From NCBI RefSeq assembly GCF_009914755.1, contig NC_060926.1: a stretch of 64,000 bases of DNA. One strand, given 5' to 3'. Under the pieces are notes generated by a model. The model saw only the letters and a list, made by a program, of their open reading frames with translations, ran no database searches and was not told where the DNA came from. How positions within the stretch are numbered: position 1 is the first letter of the stretch; every line of letters starts with the position of its first letter. The stretch comes from the human T2T-CHM13v2.0 reference genome, Homo sapiens. Shown in pieces: positions 24,205 through 37,935 of the stretch. A program made the position numbers and the translations under genes.

Positions 24205-27200
24205 TATTTTTGTGTTTATTTTGTTAATTTTTAATTTTTCTGGGTCCATTGTAGGTGCATATATTTGTGGGGTAGATGAGATATTTTAATACAGGCATGC
24301 AAAATGTAATAATTACACCATTGTAAATGGGGTATACATCTCCTCAAGCATTTATCTTTTGTGTTTCAAGCAATCAAATACTTTTAGATATTTTAAAATG
24401 TACAGTAAAATTGTTTTGGATTATAGTCACCTTGTTATGCTATCAAATACTAGGTCTTCTTTAGTCTTTTTAACTATTATTTGTATCCATTAACCATCCT
24501 CAACTTCCATCTACCTCCTCCTACCCTTCCCAGCCTCTGGTAACCATCCTTCCACTCTCTGTCTCCATGAGTTCAGTTGTTTTTATTTTCAGATCCCACA
24601 AATAAGTGAGAACATGAGATGTTTGTCTTTCTATGCCTGGCTTATTTCTCTTAATAAAATAACCTCCAGTTTCATCCATGTTGTTGCAAATGACAGAATC
24701 TTATTCTTTTTTATGGCTGAATAGTACTCCATTGTGCATAAGTACCATATTTACTTTGTCCATTCATCTACTGATGGACATTTAGATTGCTTCCATGTCT
24801 TAGGTATTGTGAACAGTGCTGCAACAAACATAGGAGTGCAGATATCTCTTTGGCATACTGATTTCTTTCCTTTTGGGTCTATACTCAGTAGTGGGATTGT
24901 TGGATTGTATGATAGCTCAATTTTTAGTTTTTTGAGTAACCTCCAAACTATTTTCCATAGTGGCTATACTAATTTACATTCCCACCAACAGTGTATGAGA
25001 GTTTCCTTTTTTCCACATCCTCTCCAACATTTCACATTTTGCCTGTCTTTTGGACAAAGGCCATTTTAATTGGTGTGAGGTGATATCTCATTGTAGTTTT
25101 GATTTGCAGTTCTCTGATAATAAGTGATGTTAATACCTTTTCCTATTTGTGTCATGTGTATGTCTTCTTTTGAGAAATGTCAGTTCAAATCTTTTGCCTA
25201 TTTTAAAATCAGATCATTAGATGGTTTTCCTTTAGAGTTGTTTGAGCTCCCATTTTCTATCATTTTGTAGGTTGTTTCTTAATTTTGTTAATTGTTTTCT
25301 TTGCTGTACAGAAGCTTTTTAACTTTGTGTGATCCTATTTATTCATTTTTGCTTTGGTTGCCTGTGCTTGTAGGGTGTTACACAAGAAAGTTTTGCCCAG
25401 ACTAATGTCCTAGGGATTTTCCCCACTCTTCTCTTTATGATAACACTGGAGAAATATCTTCATGTCCTTCATGTTCTTAAGGGATATTAGCCTGCAGTTT
25501 TATTTTATTGATGTGTCTTTGGTTTTAGTATCATGGTAATACTGTCCTTTTAGAATGACTATGAAAATATTCTATTTTCCTTTATTTTTTGGAACAGTTT
25601 GAATAGAATTGGCATTAGTTCTTCTTTAAATGTTGGGTAAAATTCAGTGGTGAAGCCATTAAATTTTCTTTTAGTAGTTTCATAGTTTGAGATCTTAGAT
25701 TTAAGTCGTTAATCCATTTTAATTTTATTTTTGTATATGGTGAGAGATAAGGGTCTAATTTTATTCTTTTGCATATGGACATCTAGTTTTCCCAGCACCA
25801 CTTACTGAAGACACTGTCTTTTTCTTAGTGCATGTCTTTGGCAACTTGGTTGAAAACGAGTTCACTGTAGGTATGTTTCTGGTTTCACTATAAGTATTTG
25901 TTTCTGGGTCCTCTATTCCTTCCCATTGATTTATGTGTCTTTTTTTTATGCCAGTGACATGCTGTTTTGGTTACTATAGCTCTGTAGTATAATTTGAAGT
26001 TAGGTCATGTGACCCATTCAGTTTTGTTTTGTTTTGTTTTTTGCTCAGGAAAGCTTAGGCTATTCTGGATCTTTTGTGGTTCCATATACATTTTAGGATG
26101 TTTAAAATTTCTGTGAAGAATGTCATTCATATTTTGATAGGAATTTCATTGAATCTGCAGATTGGTTTGGGTAGTATAAACATTTTAACAATATTGATTC
26201 TTCCAATCCAGGAACATGGAATAGAATATCTTTTCATTTTTCCATCTCCTTTTCAAATTTACTTCAATAATGTTTTATAGTTTTCATTGTAGACATCTTT
26301 CCCTTTTTTGGTTAATTCCTAGGTATTTAATTTTGTCTGTGGCTATCTTAAATAAGATTACTTTTTTGGTATCTTTTTCAGATTGTTCACTGTTGGCATA
26401 AAGACATGCTACTGATTTTTGTATGTTGATTTATTTATCCTGCAACTTTGCTGAATTTGTTTATCAGTTCTAACCTATTTTTGTGGAGTCTTTAGATTTT
26501 TCTAAATATAAGTTTATACTATCTTCAAACAAGGATAATTTGACTATTTTCTTTTCCCATTGGATACCCTTTAGTTCTTTCTCTTGTCTGATTGCTCTAG
26601 CTAAGAGTTCCAGTACTATATTGAATAACAGTGGTGAAAGTGGGCATCCTTGTTGTGTTCCAGATCTTAGAGGAAAAGTCTTCAATTTTCCCTTGTTGAG
26701 TATGATGATAGCTGTGGCTTTTATTATGTTGAAGTATGTTCCTTCTATACCCAATGTTTTTAGGGTTTTATCATGAAGTGATGTTGAATGTTATCAAATG
26801 CTTTTTCAACATCAATTGAAATATCAAATCGTTTTTGTTCTTCATTCTGTTGATATGATGTATCACATTGATTGATTTGCATATGTTGAAACATCCTTTC
26901 CCTGGATAAATCCCACTTTGTCATAATGAATGATCTTTTTAATATGTTGTTGAATTTGGTTTGCTAGTATTTTGTTGAGGAATTTTGCATCAATGTTCTT
27001 CAGGGATAATACTAGCCTGTAGTTTTATTTTGTTGTTGTATCTTTGTCTGGTTTTGGTATCATGGTAATGCTGGCCTTGTAAAATGAAAGTATTCTTTTC
27101 TCCTGTATTTTTTGGAACAGTTTGAGTCAGATTGGTATTAGTTCTTTATTAAATGCTTGGTAAAATTCAGCAGTGAAGCCATCAAGTCTCAGGCTTTTCT

Positions 27201-30200
27201 TTGCTGGGAGTACAGCTTTGATTTCATTACTTCTTGTGTGTTCAGGTTATGGATTTCTTCACGGTTGAATCTTGATAGGTTGTATGTGTCTATAAATTTA
27301 TCAGTTGCCTCTAGATTTTCCAGTTTATTGGCATAAAGTTGCTCCTAGTAGCCTCTAATGATTCTTTGAATTTCCGTGGTGTCAGTTGTAATGTCTCTTT
27401 TTTTTTCCATCTCTGAATTTATTTATTTGGGTGTTCTCCCTTTTTTTATCCCATTGGTCTGGTTAAAGGTTTTTAAATTTTGTTTATCTTTTCAAAACAC
27501 TAACTTTTTGTTTGATCCATTGTATTGTTTTCTTCATTTCAAATTCATTTATTTCTACCCTGATCTTTATTATTTCTTTTCTTCTACCAATTTTGGATTT
27601 AGTTTGCTCTTGCTTTTCTAGTTCTTTAAGATGCATCCTTTGGTTATTTATTTCAAGTTTTTCTTCTTTTTGATGTGGGCACTTATATCTATAAGTTACT
27701 CTCTTTGTACTGCTTTCACTGTATCCCATATATTTTGGTATGTTGTGTTTCCATTATTATTTGTTTTAAGAAATTTTTCAATTTCCCTCCTAATTTATTC
27801 ATTGACCCACTGGTCATTCAAGAGCATATTGTTTAGTTTCCATGTAATTGTATAGTTTCCAAAATTTCTCATTTTTGATTTCTAGTTTTATTCCATTGTG
27901 ATCAGAGAAGATGCTAGATATTATTTTAATATTTTTGAATGTTTTATGACTTTTTTTGGAACCTAATATATGGTCTATCCTCATAATTGATCCATGTATT
28001 TGTGAAGAAGAATGTGTATTCTGCAGCTGTTGAATGACACGTTCTGTAAATATCTACTACGTTCATTTGTTCCATAGCATAGATTTAGTTTGATGTTTCT
28101 TTGTTGATTTTCTGTCTAGAAGAGCTGACCAAGGCTGACAGTGGGGTGTTGAAGTCTCCAGCTATTATTAGGGCTTATCTTTCTTTTTAGTTCTAATAAT
28201 ATTTGTATTATTAATAATTTGTATTATTAATAGCTCTAATAATTTTATATTATATCTGGGTGCTCCAGTGTTAGGTACATATATATTTACATTTGTTATA
28301 TTATCTTCCTGAATTGAGTCCTTTATCATATAATGCCTTTTCTGTGTCTTCTTACAGTTTTTGTCTTGAAATCTATATTGTCTGATGTAAGTATCACCAC
28401 TCTTTCTTGGTTTTCTTTTACATGGAGTATCATTTCCATTCCTTTATTTTCAGTCTATGTGTTACAGATGATGTGTGTTTTTTTGAAGACAACAGATCTT
28501 TGAGTCTTGTTTTTCATTCATTCAGCCACTCTATGTCTTTTGATTGGAGAGTTTAGTTCATTTACATTCAGTGTTATTATTGAAAAGCAAGTACTTATTC
28601 CCTCCATTTTGTAATATGTTTTGTGGTTGTTCTGTAGTCTTCTCTTCCTCCTTTCCACCCTCCCTGTCTTCCTTTTAGTGATGGTAATTTTCTCTACTGG
28701 TATGGTTTAATGTCTTTATTTTTATTTTTTTGTATATCTGTTGTATGTTTTTTGACTTCAAGTTACCATGAGGCTTTCAAATACTATCTTAGAACCCATT
28801 ATTTTAAACTGATGACAACTTAACACTGATTGCAAACAAATATGCAAAACAAAACTAATAAAACACTCGACACTTTAGTTTCATCCCCATGCTTTTTAAC
28901 TTTTTGTTGTGTTTATGCCTTATTGTACTGTCTATGTCTTGAAAAGCTGTTGTAGTTATTATTTTTGATTGGTTCATGATTTATTCTTTCAACTTAAGAG
29001 TAGTTTATATACCACAATTACAGTGTTATAATATTCTGTGTTTTTCTATGTGCCTATCACCAGTGAGTTTTGTACCTTCAGATGATATCTTCTTGCTCAT
29101 TAGCATCCTTGCTGTTCAGAATGAAATTTCTCAGCTTTTGCTTGTCTGGAAGGTCTTTATTTTTCCTTCATGATTGAAGGATTTTTTTTTTTCTGAATAT
29201 ACTATTCTAGGGTAAAAGTTTTTTTCCTTCAGCACTTTATATCATACCACTCTCTCCTGGCCTTTAAGATTTTCACTGAAAAGTCTGCTGCCAGACATAT
29301 TGAAGCTACATTGTATATTATTTGTTTCTTTTCTCTTGCTGCTTTTAGTATTGTTTCTTTATCCTTGACCTCTGGGAGTTTGATTATTACATGCCTTGAG
29401 GTAGTCTTCTTTCAATTAAATCTGCTTGGTATCCTATAACCTGCTGGTATTCTTGTACTTAGATATTTGTATATTTTTCTAGGTTTGGGAGGTTCTCCGA
29501 TATTATCCCTTTGAATAAACTTTTTACCCCTATCTCTTTCTCTACCTCATCTTTAAGGCCAATAACTCTTAGATTTGTCCTTTTGAGGTTATATTTTAGA
29601 TTTCATAGACATGCTTTATTCTATCCTTTTTTTTACTTTTCTGACTATATACTTTCAAATAGCCTGTCTTCAAGCTCACTAATTCTTTCTTCTGCTTCAT
29701 CAATTGTGCTATTAATAGGGTCTGATGCATTCATCAGTATGTCAGTTGCATTTTTTGCTTCTAGAATTTCTGCTTGATTCTTTTTAATTATTTTAATCTC
29801 TTTGTTAAATTTATGTAATAGAATTCTGAACTCCTTCTCTGTGTTATCTTGAATTTCTTTGAGCTTCTGCAACACAGCTTTCTTGAATTCTCTGTCTGAA
29901 AGGTCACAAATCTCTGTTTCTCCTAAATTCGTCCCTGGTGCCTTATTCAGTTCATTTGGTGAGGTCATGTTTTCCTGGATGGTCTTGATGCTTTTAGATG
30001 TTCATTTGTTTTGGGGCGTTGAAGAGGTAGGTATTTATTGTAGTCTTCACAGTCTGGCCTTTTTTAAGCTCCTTCTTGAGAAGGCTTTGAAGGTATTCAA
30101 AGAGACTTGGGCCCCAAGCCCAATAAATGCTGTTTTTTTGCATTCTGTTAGAAGTACTGCCTTGGTGGTCCTGGATAAGATCTGGAAGAATTCTCTAGAT

Positions 30201-30950
30201 TATCAGGCAGAGACTCTTTTCCCTCACTTTCCCCCAAACAAAGAGTCTCTCTCTCTCTGTGCTGAGCCACCTGGAACTGGGGATTTGGTAATGAAAGCAC
30301 CCTTGTGGCTACCACCACCGAGACTGTGCTGGGTCAGACCAGAAGCCAGCACAGTACTGGGTCTCACCCAAGACCCACTGTAACTGCTACCTGGCTACCA
30401 CTTATTTCATTCAAAGCTCTAGGGCTCTATGATCAGCAGGTGGTGAAGCCAGCCAGTTTTGTGTCCTTTCCTTCAGGGCAGTGAGTTCCCCTAGGCCCTG
30501 GGCAGGTCCAGAGGCGCTATCTGGGAATCAGAGACTGGAATCAAAACCTTAGAAATTTACCTGATGTCCCATTCTAGTACAGCTAAACTGGTACTCAAAC
30601 CACAATACAGATTCCTTCCTGTTCTTCTCTCCCCTTTCCATAGGCTGAGGAGCCTCTCCCTGTGGCCACCACTGCCACAGACCCACAGGGGATTCTACTA
30701 GGCCACTGCTGATGCTTACTTAAAGCCCAAGGGCTCTTCAGTAAGCTTGTGATGAATGCTGCCAGCCCTAGGACTCAGCCCTCAAGGCAGGTGCCTTTCA
30801 TCTGGCTTAGAAAAGGTCCAGAAATGCTGTCTAAGAGCCTAGGCCTGGACTTGGGAACCCCAAGTCCCTGCTTATTACTCTACCCCACTGTGGCTGGGCC
30901 CAAGGGCTCTTTAGTCAGTAGGTAATGAATCTTGCCAGGAGTGGGTCCTT
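24205..30950 (-). mobile_element. Near full-length L1MA1/2-like LINE (3'UTR, ORF2, spacer, ORF1, 5'UTR)
   Basis: RT remnant 26470-26754 ([19 protein letters not shown]), ORF2 piece 27484-27729, ORF1 N-terminus 29645-29968, GC-richer repetitive 5'UTR 30100-30950. Confidence 0.92.
29645..29968 (-). pseudogene. L1 ORF1p N-terminal/coiled-coil remnant
   Basis: MTSPNELNKAPGTNLGETEICDLSDREFK...AEERISELEDRLFE. Confidence 0.9.
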
Positions 30951-31043
30951 GATAACCCAAGAGATTATCCATCTTAAAAATGTAGGTCTGTCATCAATAG
31001 TAATGAAAAGAAAATTGACATGTAGTCATAAAAACCTTTCAAG

Positions 31044-31687
31044 ATGGACATTTGGGTTGGTTCCAAGTCTTTGCTATGGTGAATAGTGCCGCAATAAACA
31101 TACGTTTGCATGTGCCTTTATAGCAGCATGATTTATAATCTTTTCGGTATATACCCAGTAATGGGATGGCTGGGTCAAATGGTATTTCTAGTTCTAGATC
31201 CTTGAGGAATTGCCACACTGTCTTCCACAATGGTTGAACTGGGTTACAGTCCCACCAACAGTGTAAAAGTGTTCCAAATGTCCATCAATGATAGACTGGA
31301 TTAAGAAAATGTGGCACATATACACCATGGAATACTATGCAGCCATAAAAAAGGATGAGTTCATGTCCTTTGTAGGGACATGGATGAAGCTGGAAACCAT
31401 CATTCTCAGCAAACTATCGCAAGAACAAAAAACCAAACACCGCATGTTCTCACTCATACATGGGAATTGAACAATGAGAACACTTGGACACAGGAAGGGG
31501 AACATCACACACTGGGGCCTGTTGTGGGATGGGGGAAGTGGGGAGGGATAGCACTAGGAGATATACCTAATGCAAATGACGAGTTAATGGGTGCAGCACA
31601 CCAACATGGCACATGTATACATATGTAACAAACCTGCACGTTGTACACATGTTCCCTAGAACTTAAAGTATAATAATAAAAAAAAAA
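31044..31687 (+). mobile_element. 5'-inverted L1PA (about L1PA5)
   Basis: Antisense piece 31044-31275, then sense piece 31274-31687 ending in an A tail; TSD core CTTTCAAGA at 31036-31044 and 31688-31696. Confidence 0.95.
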
Positions 31688-33759
31688 CTTTCAAGAGTTT
31701 TTACCCCCATGTACCTGAAAATATTTGATTTTATAGCACACTTGTGAAGAAGTCAGGTCAGATATCATTAACTTTTATTGCATAACCTGAAGGTCCTAGG
31801 CTTTCTGGTACTCTCCCTTTTACTCCTCACATCACTTCATAGTGTTCCTTCCATAAACCCTGGTTCAGCCCACCAACCTCACTGTGTCCTAACATGTTGG
31901 CCTCCACATCATTGTTTAGGCTGGAATGGCAACCAAGTTCTCATTTCCCCATTATATGAAGGCATCACTGATTACTAACATTCAAAGTATACTTCTATTC
32001 TTTGGAATATAGCTTTTGTTATTTGTGTGAATATTTCACACAAATATTGCCTAAAGTATAACCAAGGGTACTTTAGCTTCTGAAATTTTCTTCTAGGCAA
32101 TAAAAAATCTGTTTTCGTTAACTTGTTTCTTTTTAATTTGCTATGTCTAAAAGACTGACCATCTCTGCAGTTATTGAGCCTTTTCAAGAGTGTGTTCTTA
32201 CATACCTTTAAGTCTATATGTATTAATCGAATACATATAGAGGTGCTCAATAAATGCTTGATAAAAGAATACATAAGGAGGTAAATGTTTAAAGTCAATT
32301 ATGAAATAGCTTTTATATTACTTTCATTTAAATGGTGTCTTTCTAAATTATACAAATGATTTTGCCATTTGGTGTTCTCTACATGAAAAAAACACTTTAA
32401 ATTAGACACATACTTAGTATATTGCTATTTGTTTGAGCTGGTTTGTGTACAGATATTGGAGAACCAATTTTGTTCATATTTTTAGTTATAGTGATGTCAT
32501 GCTTCAGATATTTGCATTTCACCGCTGACCTAAAAGCCTTCATTTAACGCAGACATGCTATTATTTCTTCTGAAGCCACATGTAAATTCTCAGTTTCTTG
32601 ATAATTCACTAATGTTTGATCTTTACAATACACAGAGATTGGTTAGACATATTATGAGCTTCCCTGACCCTTGAGAATTGCTGTAGAACTGGGTTTAAGT
32701 CCCAAATTCATGGCTAGAATGCTTTCCCTAATTGCTGAAAATTCTCAGCAAATTCCTCAAGACCCTCTCTGTATCTGCTCTTACATTTAAGAATGTTGCC
32801 TTTTCACACATGCGCAAAGCTCCAAGCCTTCTCCATTTTGTTTTTTTTTTTACATACATTGGTAGCAAGAATTTTGTGAATTTTATAGACAAATGAAAAC
32901 GTGGGGGGCTTTCTACAGAAATCCCATTACACACTACGCCATAGACTCTCCTCTTGCTTCAGCTCTGTTTTATCGTTTATTCTCATTTCTCCTTTTCCTT
33001 TCTTGTCTTTTCTCTTTCTTTACAGAAAGAAAAAAAACAGTTCATGCCCTTGTCTCAAGCCAAACAGTGTTACCCACACTCAGGTCCTATTATCTCTTGC
33101 CTTCTTTTCCAAGCAAGTTTATTGCTGTATTTCCTTAACAAAGAGTTGCTCTCTTTCTAAGAATTCTTCTACCAGCTAACATAGTTATTCTTTTTTTAAT
33201 ACAAGCATTTCCAATCTGGCCACATTAATTATGTCTAAAAAGCAAAGCTTGACAATATGGGATTTATAGGGAACCCAGAAGTGGAAAGCATTGTAAAAAG
33301 GCAAACGTTTAACAATAGGATGAAGACCATAAAATAGCCAGTGTATTAACTAATATAAGATCTTCTCTGCATTATTAGTGTTCTCCAAGTTTCCACAGAG
33401 TGCTGTATTTACTGCAATACTGTCTTCCACTGGGTATTTTAAAACTTATAGAGGGATGTGAAATTCATAAAGATTCTTCAATACCTTCTCATCGTGTAAC
33501 GACAAGGACCTTGAGGCACAGTGAAGTGACTTCTTTAAAGCCACACAGCTAATTTGAAATGTAACTTAGACTGGATTTGCAGTCTATTGTCTGCCTGTTG
33601 GAGACTGGTAACTGGGATGTTGGAGTAAATTGGTCATGAGACCCTGAGCTGAACAAGGAAAAATATTTAAGTTCTCACTGATACAAATTCTACTCTAATA
33701 GCTCCTCTAATAGCTGTGATTTTTAAAGACGAAAATGTTCCCCTCCAGAAATTTCTGAT

Positions 33760-33930
33760 AATGGAATTAAATTTCTGGCTTTACCATTTGATGGTCTCTG
33801 AATTACAAAAATCCAAAAATTTTGGGTCAGATTATCAGCCGTATGCTAGGAGGATAATAATACTTGTAATTAGGTGGCTTATGTGGAATGATAAAGCAAA
33901 TGTAAGTGTGAGAAAATATTAGCATAAATA
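33760..33930 (+). mobile_element. MIR remnant
   Basis: GGATAATAATACTTG...GATAAAGCAAATGTAAGTG. Confidence 0.45.
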
Positions 33931-34019
33931 TCTCATGAAAACAACCTGTGATCTCACTTTCCCTTTTCTGTTTCATAAACACTATTAATATTGTTGTAAA
34001 ATTATAACCATGTTGCAGT

Positions 34020-34330
34020 AAAGCAGTGGTCTTGTTCCTTGGCTAAGTCAATTGTTTTATAGGATGCTTCAATGAAATTTCCTTAGTTGTATTTCCCAAA
34101 CTTGCTGGATCGTATTTTTTAAATGGGTGATTCTTATGATCTGTCAACTCTTGGAAACACTGGTCTAAAGCGCTGTCTCTTAGTGTATTTTTTTGTATAA
34201 GAATCATCTAGAGGAAGAGAGAGAACTTGGTAAAAATGTAGATGTCTGAGTCTCATCCCTAGGACTCTAATTCAGAAATTCTGGAATGGGGTTAGAGAAT
34301 ATTCTTTTTAATAAGTTCCTCTGATAATTC
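34020..34330. mobile_element. MER5-like remnants
   Basis: GGTGATTCTTATGAT...GGAAACACTG; TAAGAATCATCT...TCTAATTCAG. Confidence 0.55.
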
Positions 34331-34603
34331 TTTTATTTTCTTTTATTTTATTTTATCTTTTTATTATTATACTTTAAGTTTTAGGGTACATGTGCACAAC
34401 GTGCAGGTTTCTTACATATGTATACATGTGCCATGTTGCTGTGCTGCACCCATTAACTTGTCATTTACATTAGGTATATCTCCTAATGCTATCCCTCCCC
34501 CCTCCCCCCACCCCACAATAGTCCCTGGTGTGTGATGATCCCCTTCCTGTGTCCACGTGTTCTCGTTGTTCAATTCCCACCTATGAGTGAGAACATGCGG
34601 TGT
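34331..34603 (-). mobile_element. Short 5'-truncated L1PA (about L1PA5) 3' end
   Basis: T-rich tail, TATACTTTAAGTTTTAGGGTACATGTGC...GAGAACATGCGGTGT. Confidence 0.95.
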
Positions 34604-34789
34604 AGAGGAGGTATTTAGAATCCACCCTTTCAGAAATGCTAGTCCACAGGCTATACCAAAGTAAATTCTTAATATGTTTGCTTTGAATTTAAGTGTATGT
34701 CTATAAATGAAACATTTCCCCAGAGACTCACAATAAATCATCTGTTTGAATTTGTCTTATTCCTCCAACTGCTTTGAAGGCATTAACCT

Positions 34790-37500
34790 AAAATGGTAAT
34801 TTTATTTTCTTCCTTCACACATCATATTCTCCCATTATTTGATATTTAAATTATAATAGTAATGAACACTTCCTATTACAATTAAATACTACAAATATGT
34901 ATAGAAGAAAAGTTAACCGTTACAGACCAGTGATACACCCTATTTATTATGTGCACCCTGTATCACTTATTCCCAAGCCTCTGGGGTTAACCTTAATAGC
35001 CTGGTGTTATTCTATACCTTTCTCTTTGCTTGTTGAAATACATGCAAACATAAATCCCCATATACACAAAGACTTGCTTTTTTACATAATAAATATCCCC
35101 TTGACATTCCCAAATATCAGTAGACATATCTAATTTGGTTTTATCAAATCTTTAATTAATTCACACATTCATAGAATCACACACTTTATATGTATACTTG
35201 TACATAATGAGATAATCTCTTATGTAGCCTTTCTTAAAATTAGTAGTTTAATTTCCTATTTGAGTGGTCTTCCTCCTCCCATTTTTTCTTTCATCTGCCC
35301 TACTTTTCCAGCTCTTTCCAACCTTATTGAATCCTAAAAACTTATCTTTTTATCTTTTCCTCTATCCTCATATAACCACATATGAAGACTTTGTCTATTA
35401 ATTCATGCATCCACTTTTCTTCTGTCTGTCTGTCTATCTATCACATGAAACACTTTTCTGCATCTTTTGTTAATCACTCGATAGTACCTTCTAGAAATGT
35501 CACCACATCAAGTTGTATAGACCAATTCATTTCTTTTAATTGTTATGTAAATATTTCACAGTGAATATTCTGCCATTCCTCTTTATTGATGAGTATTTAT
35601 TTTCTTTCCATTTTTTGACATTATGAACAAAAGTACAGGGAATATTCTTACACTGGTGATTTTTATCATTATGAAATACATTCTTAGGAGCAGGATTGCT
35701 AAGAAAAAAGACAAAAACAGATACTGTCTTATTGCTTTCCAAAAAGGTTGCAATAACTTATATTTCCACTCTCCCATGGCAGCAGTATGTGTCATTTTTA
35801 AATTTTTTGCCATTATAATGAATGTAGTGATACTTTATTGTTATATTAATTTATATTTTATAAACTTACAGTAAGCTTATGCTTCTTTTTCATGTTTGTT
35901 TGCCATTTAGATTAGCTTATTAGTGAATTACCTATATTCTTTGCTCATTTTTCTATTAAGTTCTTTCCATTGTCAACTTTAAAGAGTTCTTTGTATCTCA
36001 TATCAATGAGATACATTAGTATATTTTGATATTTTTCCTATGTAAGTCATTGTTTTATAGATTCTGTAGAGGAATAATTTCCTATATAGATTATTCTCAA
36101 ATATGCCTCCTTTCTTGTTTGTGGCTTCAGGGATTTTCTGTCTTGGTGAAGACAGATTCCATACTCCTACACTTCTTTTATTAATTTTTCTTTTTGCTTT
36201 TAATGTTTTAAACATTTAAGTCTTCTATCCTGCTGGTGTAATTTATTGTTGCTTATGGTATGAGGAAAAGGCTTCATATTGTTTTCTCCTGGGTTAAATA
36301 AATAACTTGTATGCAGAATATAATAAACCCTCCATTCTTTTTTTATGTTTTATCATATAGTAAATGAACTTACACATTGAAAGCCATATCTATATACTCT
36401 TTTTTAGTCTAATCTGTTTGTTCCCATGCCAATACCATATTAATTTGATTACAGTAGTGTATTTTGATATTGGGTATGATAAGTCTCTCTAATTTATTTT
36501 TCATTCCTATTTTCTTGGCTGTTCTTATATATTCTTCAATATAAAGTTTAAGATTATTTTACTCAAGTCTAGAAACATCCTTTTGGAATTCATATTGGAA
36601 CTGCACAAATTTACATGATACTTTTTAGAGAATTAATGTATTATCAATTTCAGTCATCAACTAAGAACATTTTTTGTTTTGCCCTTTATCCACACTTTGT
36701 TATAAGATCTTTGATTAATTTTTAAAATTAAGGTTTTTTGAGGTATAATTCATATACATGTACATCTTCGTATATAATAAAATTCACCTTTTTAAAGGTG
36801 TACTGTTCAATGAATTATGATGAAACATATAGTCATATATCTACTACTACAATCAAGACATGACATATCCATCCCCTCCCAAACATTCCTCATGCCCCTT
36901 TTTAATCACTTCTCTTCCCACCCCACCGTCAGCCTCTGGCAATCATGGATCTCTTCTCTTTCAATTAGTTTTGCCTTTTCCAGGATGGCCTGTAAATGAA
37001 AGCATATAGAATGTAGCCTTTTGCGTTAACTTTTATCACTTAGCATAATGCATTTGAGACGTATCTGTATAGTTACATACATCAGGGGTTTGTTTTTTAA
37101 TTACAGAGTGACTATTACATTGAATACTCACTATTTGATTTTCCATTTCCAGGTAATAGGCATTTTGGTTCTTTTTCTAGTTTGTGGTTACTATGAATAA
37201 AGCTGCTTTATGTATTCATATATAGGTTTTTGTGTGGAAATATGGTTTCATTTCTCTGTGTAAATAACTAGGAGTGGGATTGCTGGATTATATGGGAAAT
37301 CATGTTTAGCTTTATAAGACGTGAACAAATTGTTTTCCAAAATAATTGTAATATTTTGCATCCACATTAACACTGTATCAGTTTCAGTTGCTCTGCATCC
37401 TGTCTAGCACATGAGATTGTTAGTATTTTAGTGTGATTTTAGTAATTGTTAAAGGTGTGTAGTATCAATGAGATTTTATACAGTTTTTAATGTGCCTTTT
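34790..37500 (-). mobile_element. Old L1M (L1ME/MC-type) fragments
   Basis: Degenerate antisense 3'-end motifs: GCTTTCCAAAAAGGTTG, TTTGCTCATTTTTCTATT, GAGGTATAATTCATATAC, TAGGAGTGGGATTGCTGG. Confidence 0.7.
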
Positions 37501-37679
37501 GTGGGATGGCAGGAGAAGGTCTGGTTTATTTTTATTACTATTGTTATTGTTTTACTGTTTTCTCATTTATGTTTATTTTTTATTATAATAAGAACATTTT
37601 AACATGATACCTAATACCTACCCTTTCAACACTTCTACCCTTTAAATATACAGTACAGTCTTTTTATTTTTTTCTCTCC

Positions 37680-37935
37680 TAGTTTGTAAGGTTTCTGCCA
37701 AGAAGTCCATTATTAGCCTGATGGGGTTCCCTTTGTACGTGATCTGACCTTTTTCTCCAGCTGCCTTTAAGATGTTTTTCTTTAGCATTGACCTTGAATA
37801 ATCTGGTGACTATATGCCTTAGTGATGTTCATTTTGTATAGTATTTCACAGGCATTCTCTGGATTTTTTGTATCTAGATGTCAACCTTCCTAAGAATATT
37901 AGGAAAATTTTTGAATTAAAAAAAATTTCAAGGTG
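37680..37935 (-). mobile_element. L1 ORF1 internal fragment
   Basis: GTAAGGTTTCTGC..AGAAGTCC...AGCCTGATGGGGTTCCCTTTGTA..TGA. Confidence 0.8.

Noticed and set aside
30410-30950. Three recurrences of AGGGCTCT...TGAA..GCCAG
   Set aside because: Consistent with the internally repetitive 5'UTR of L1M-type elements rather than an independent array
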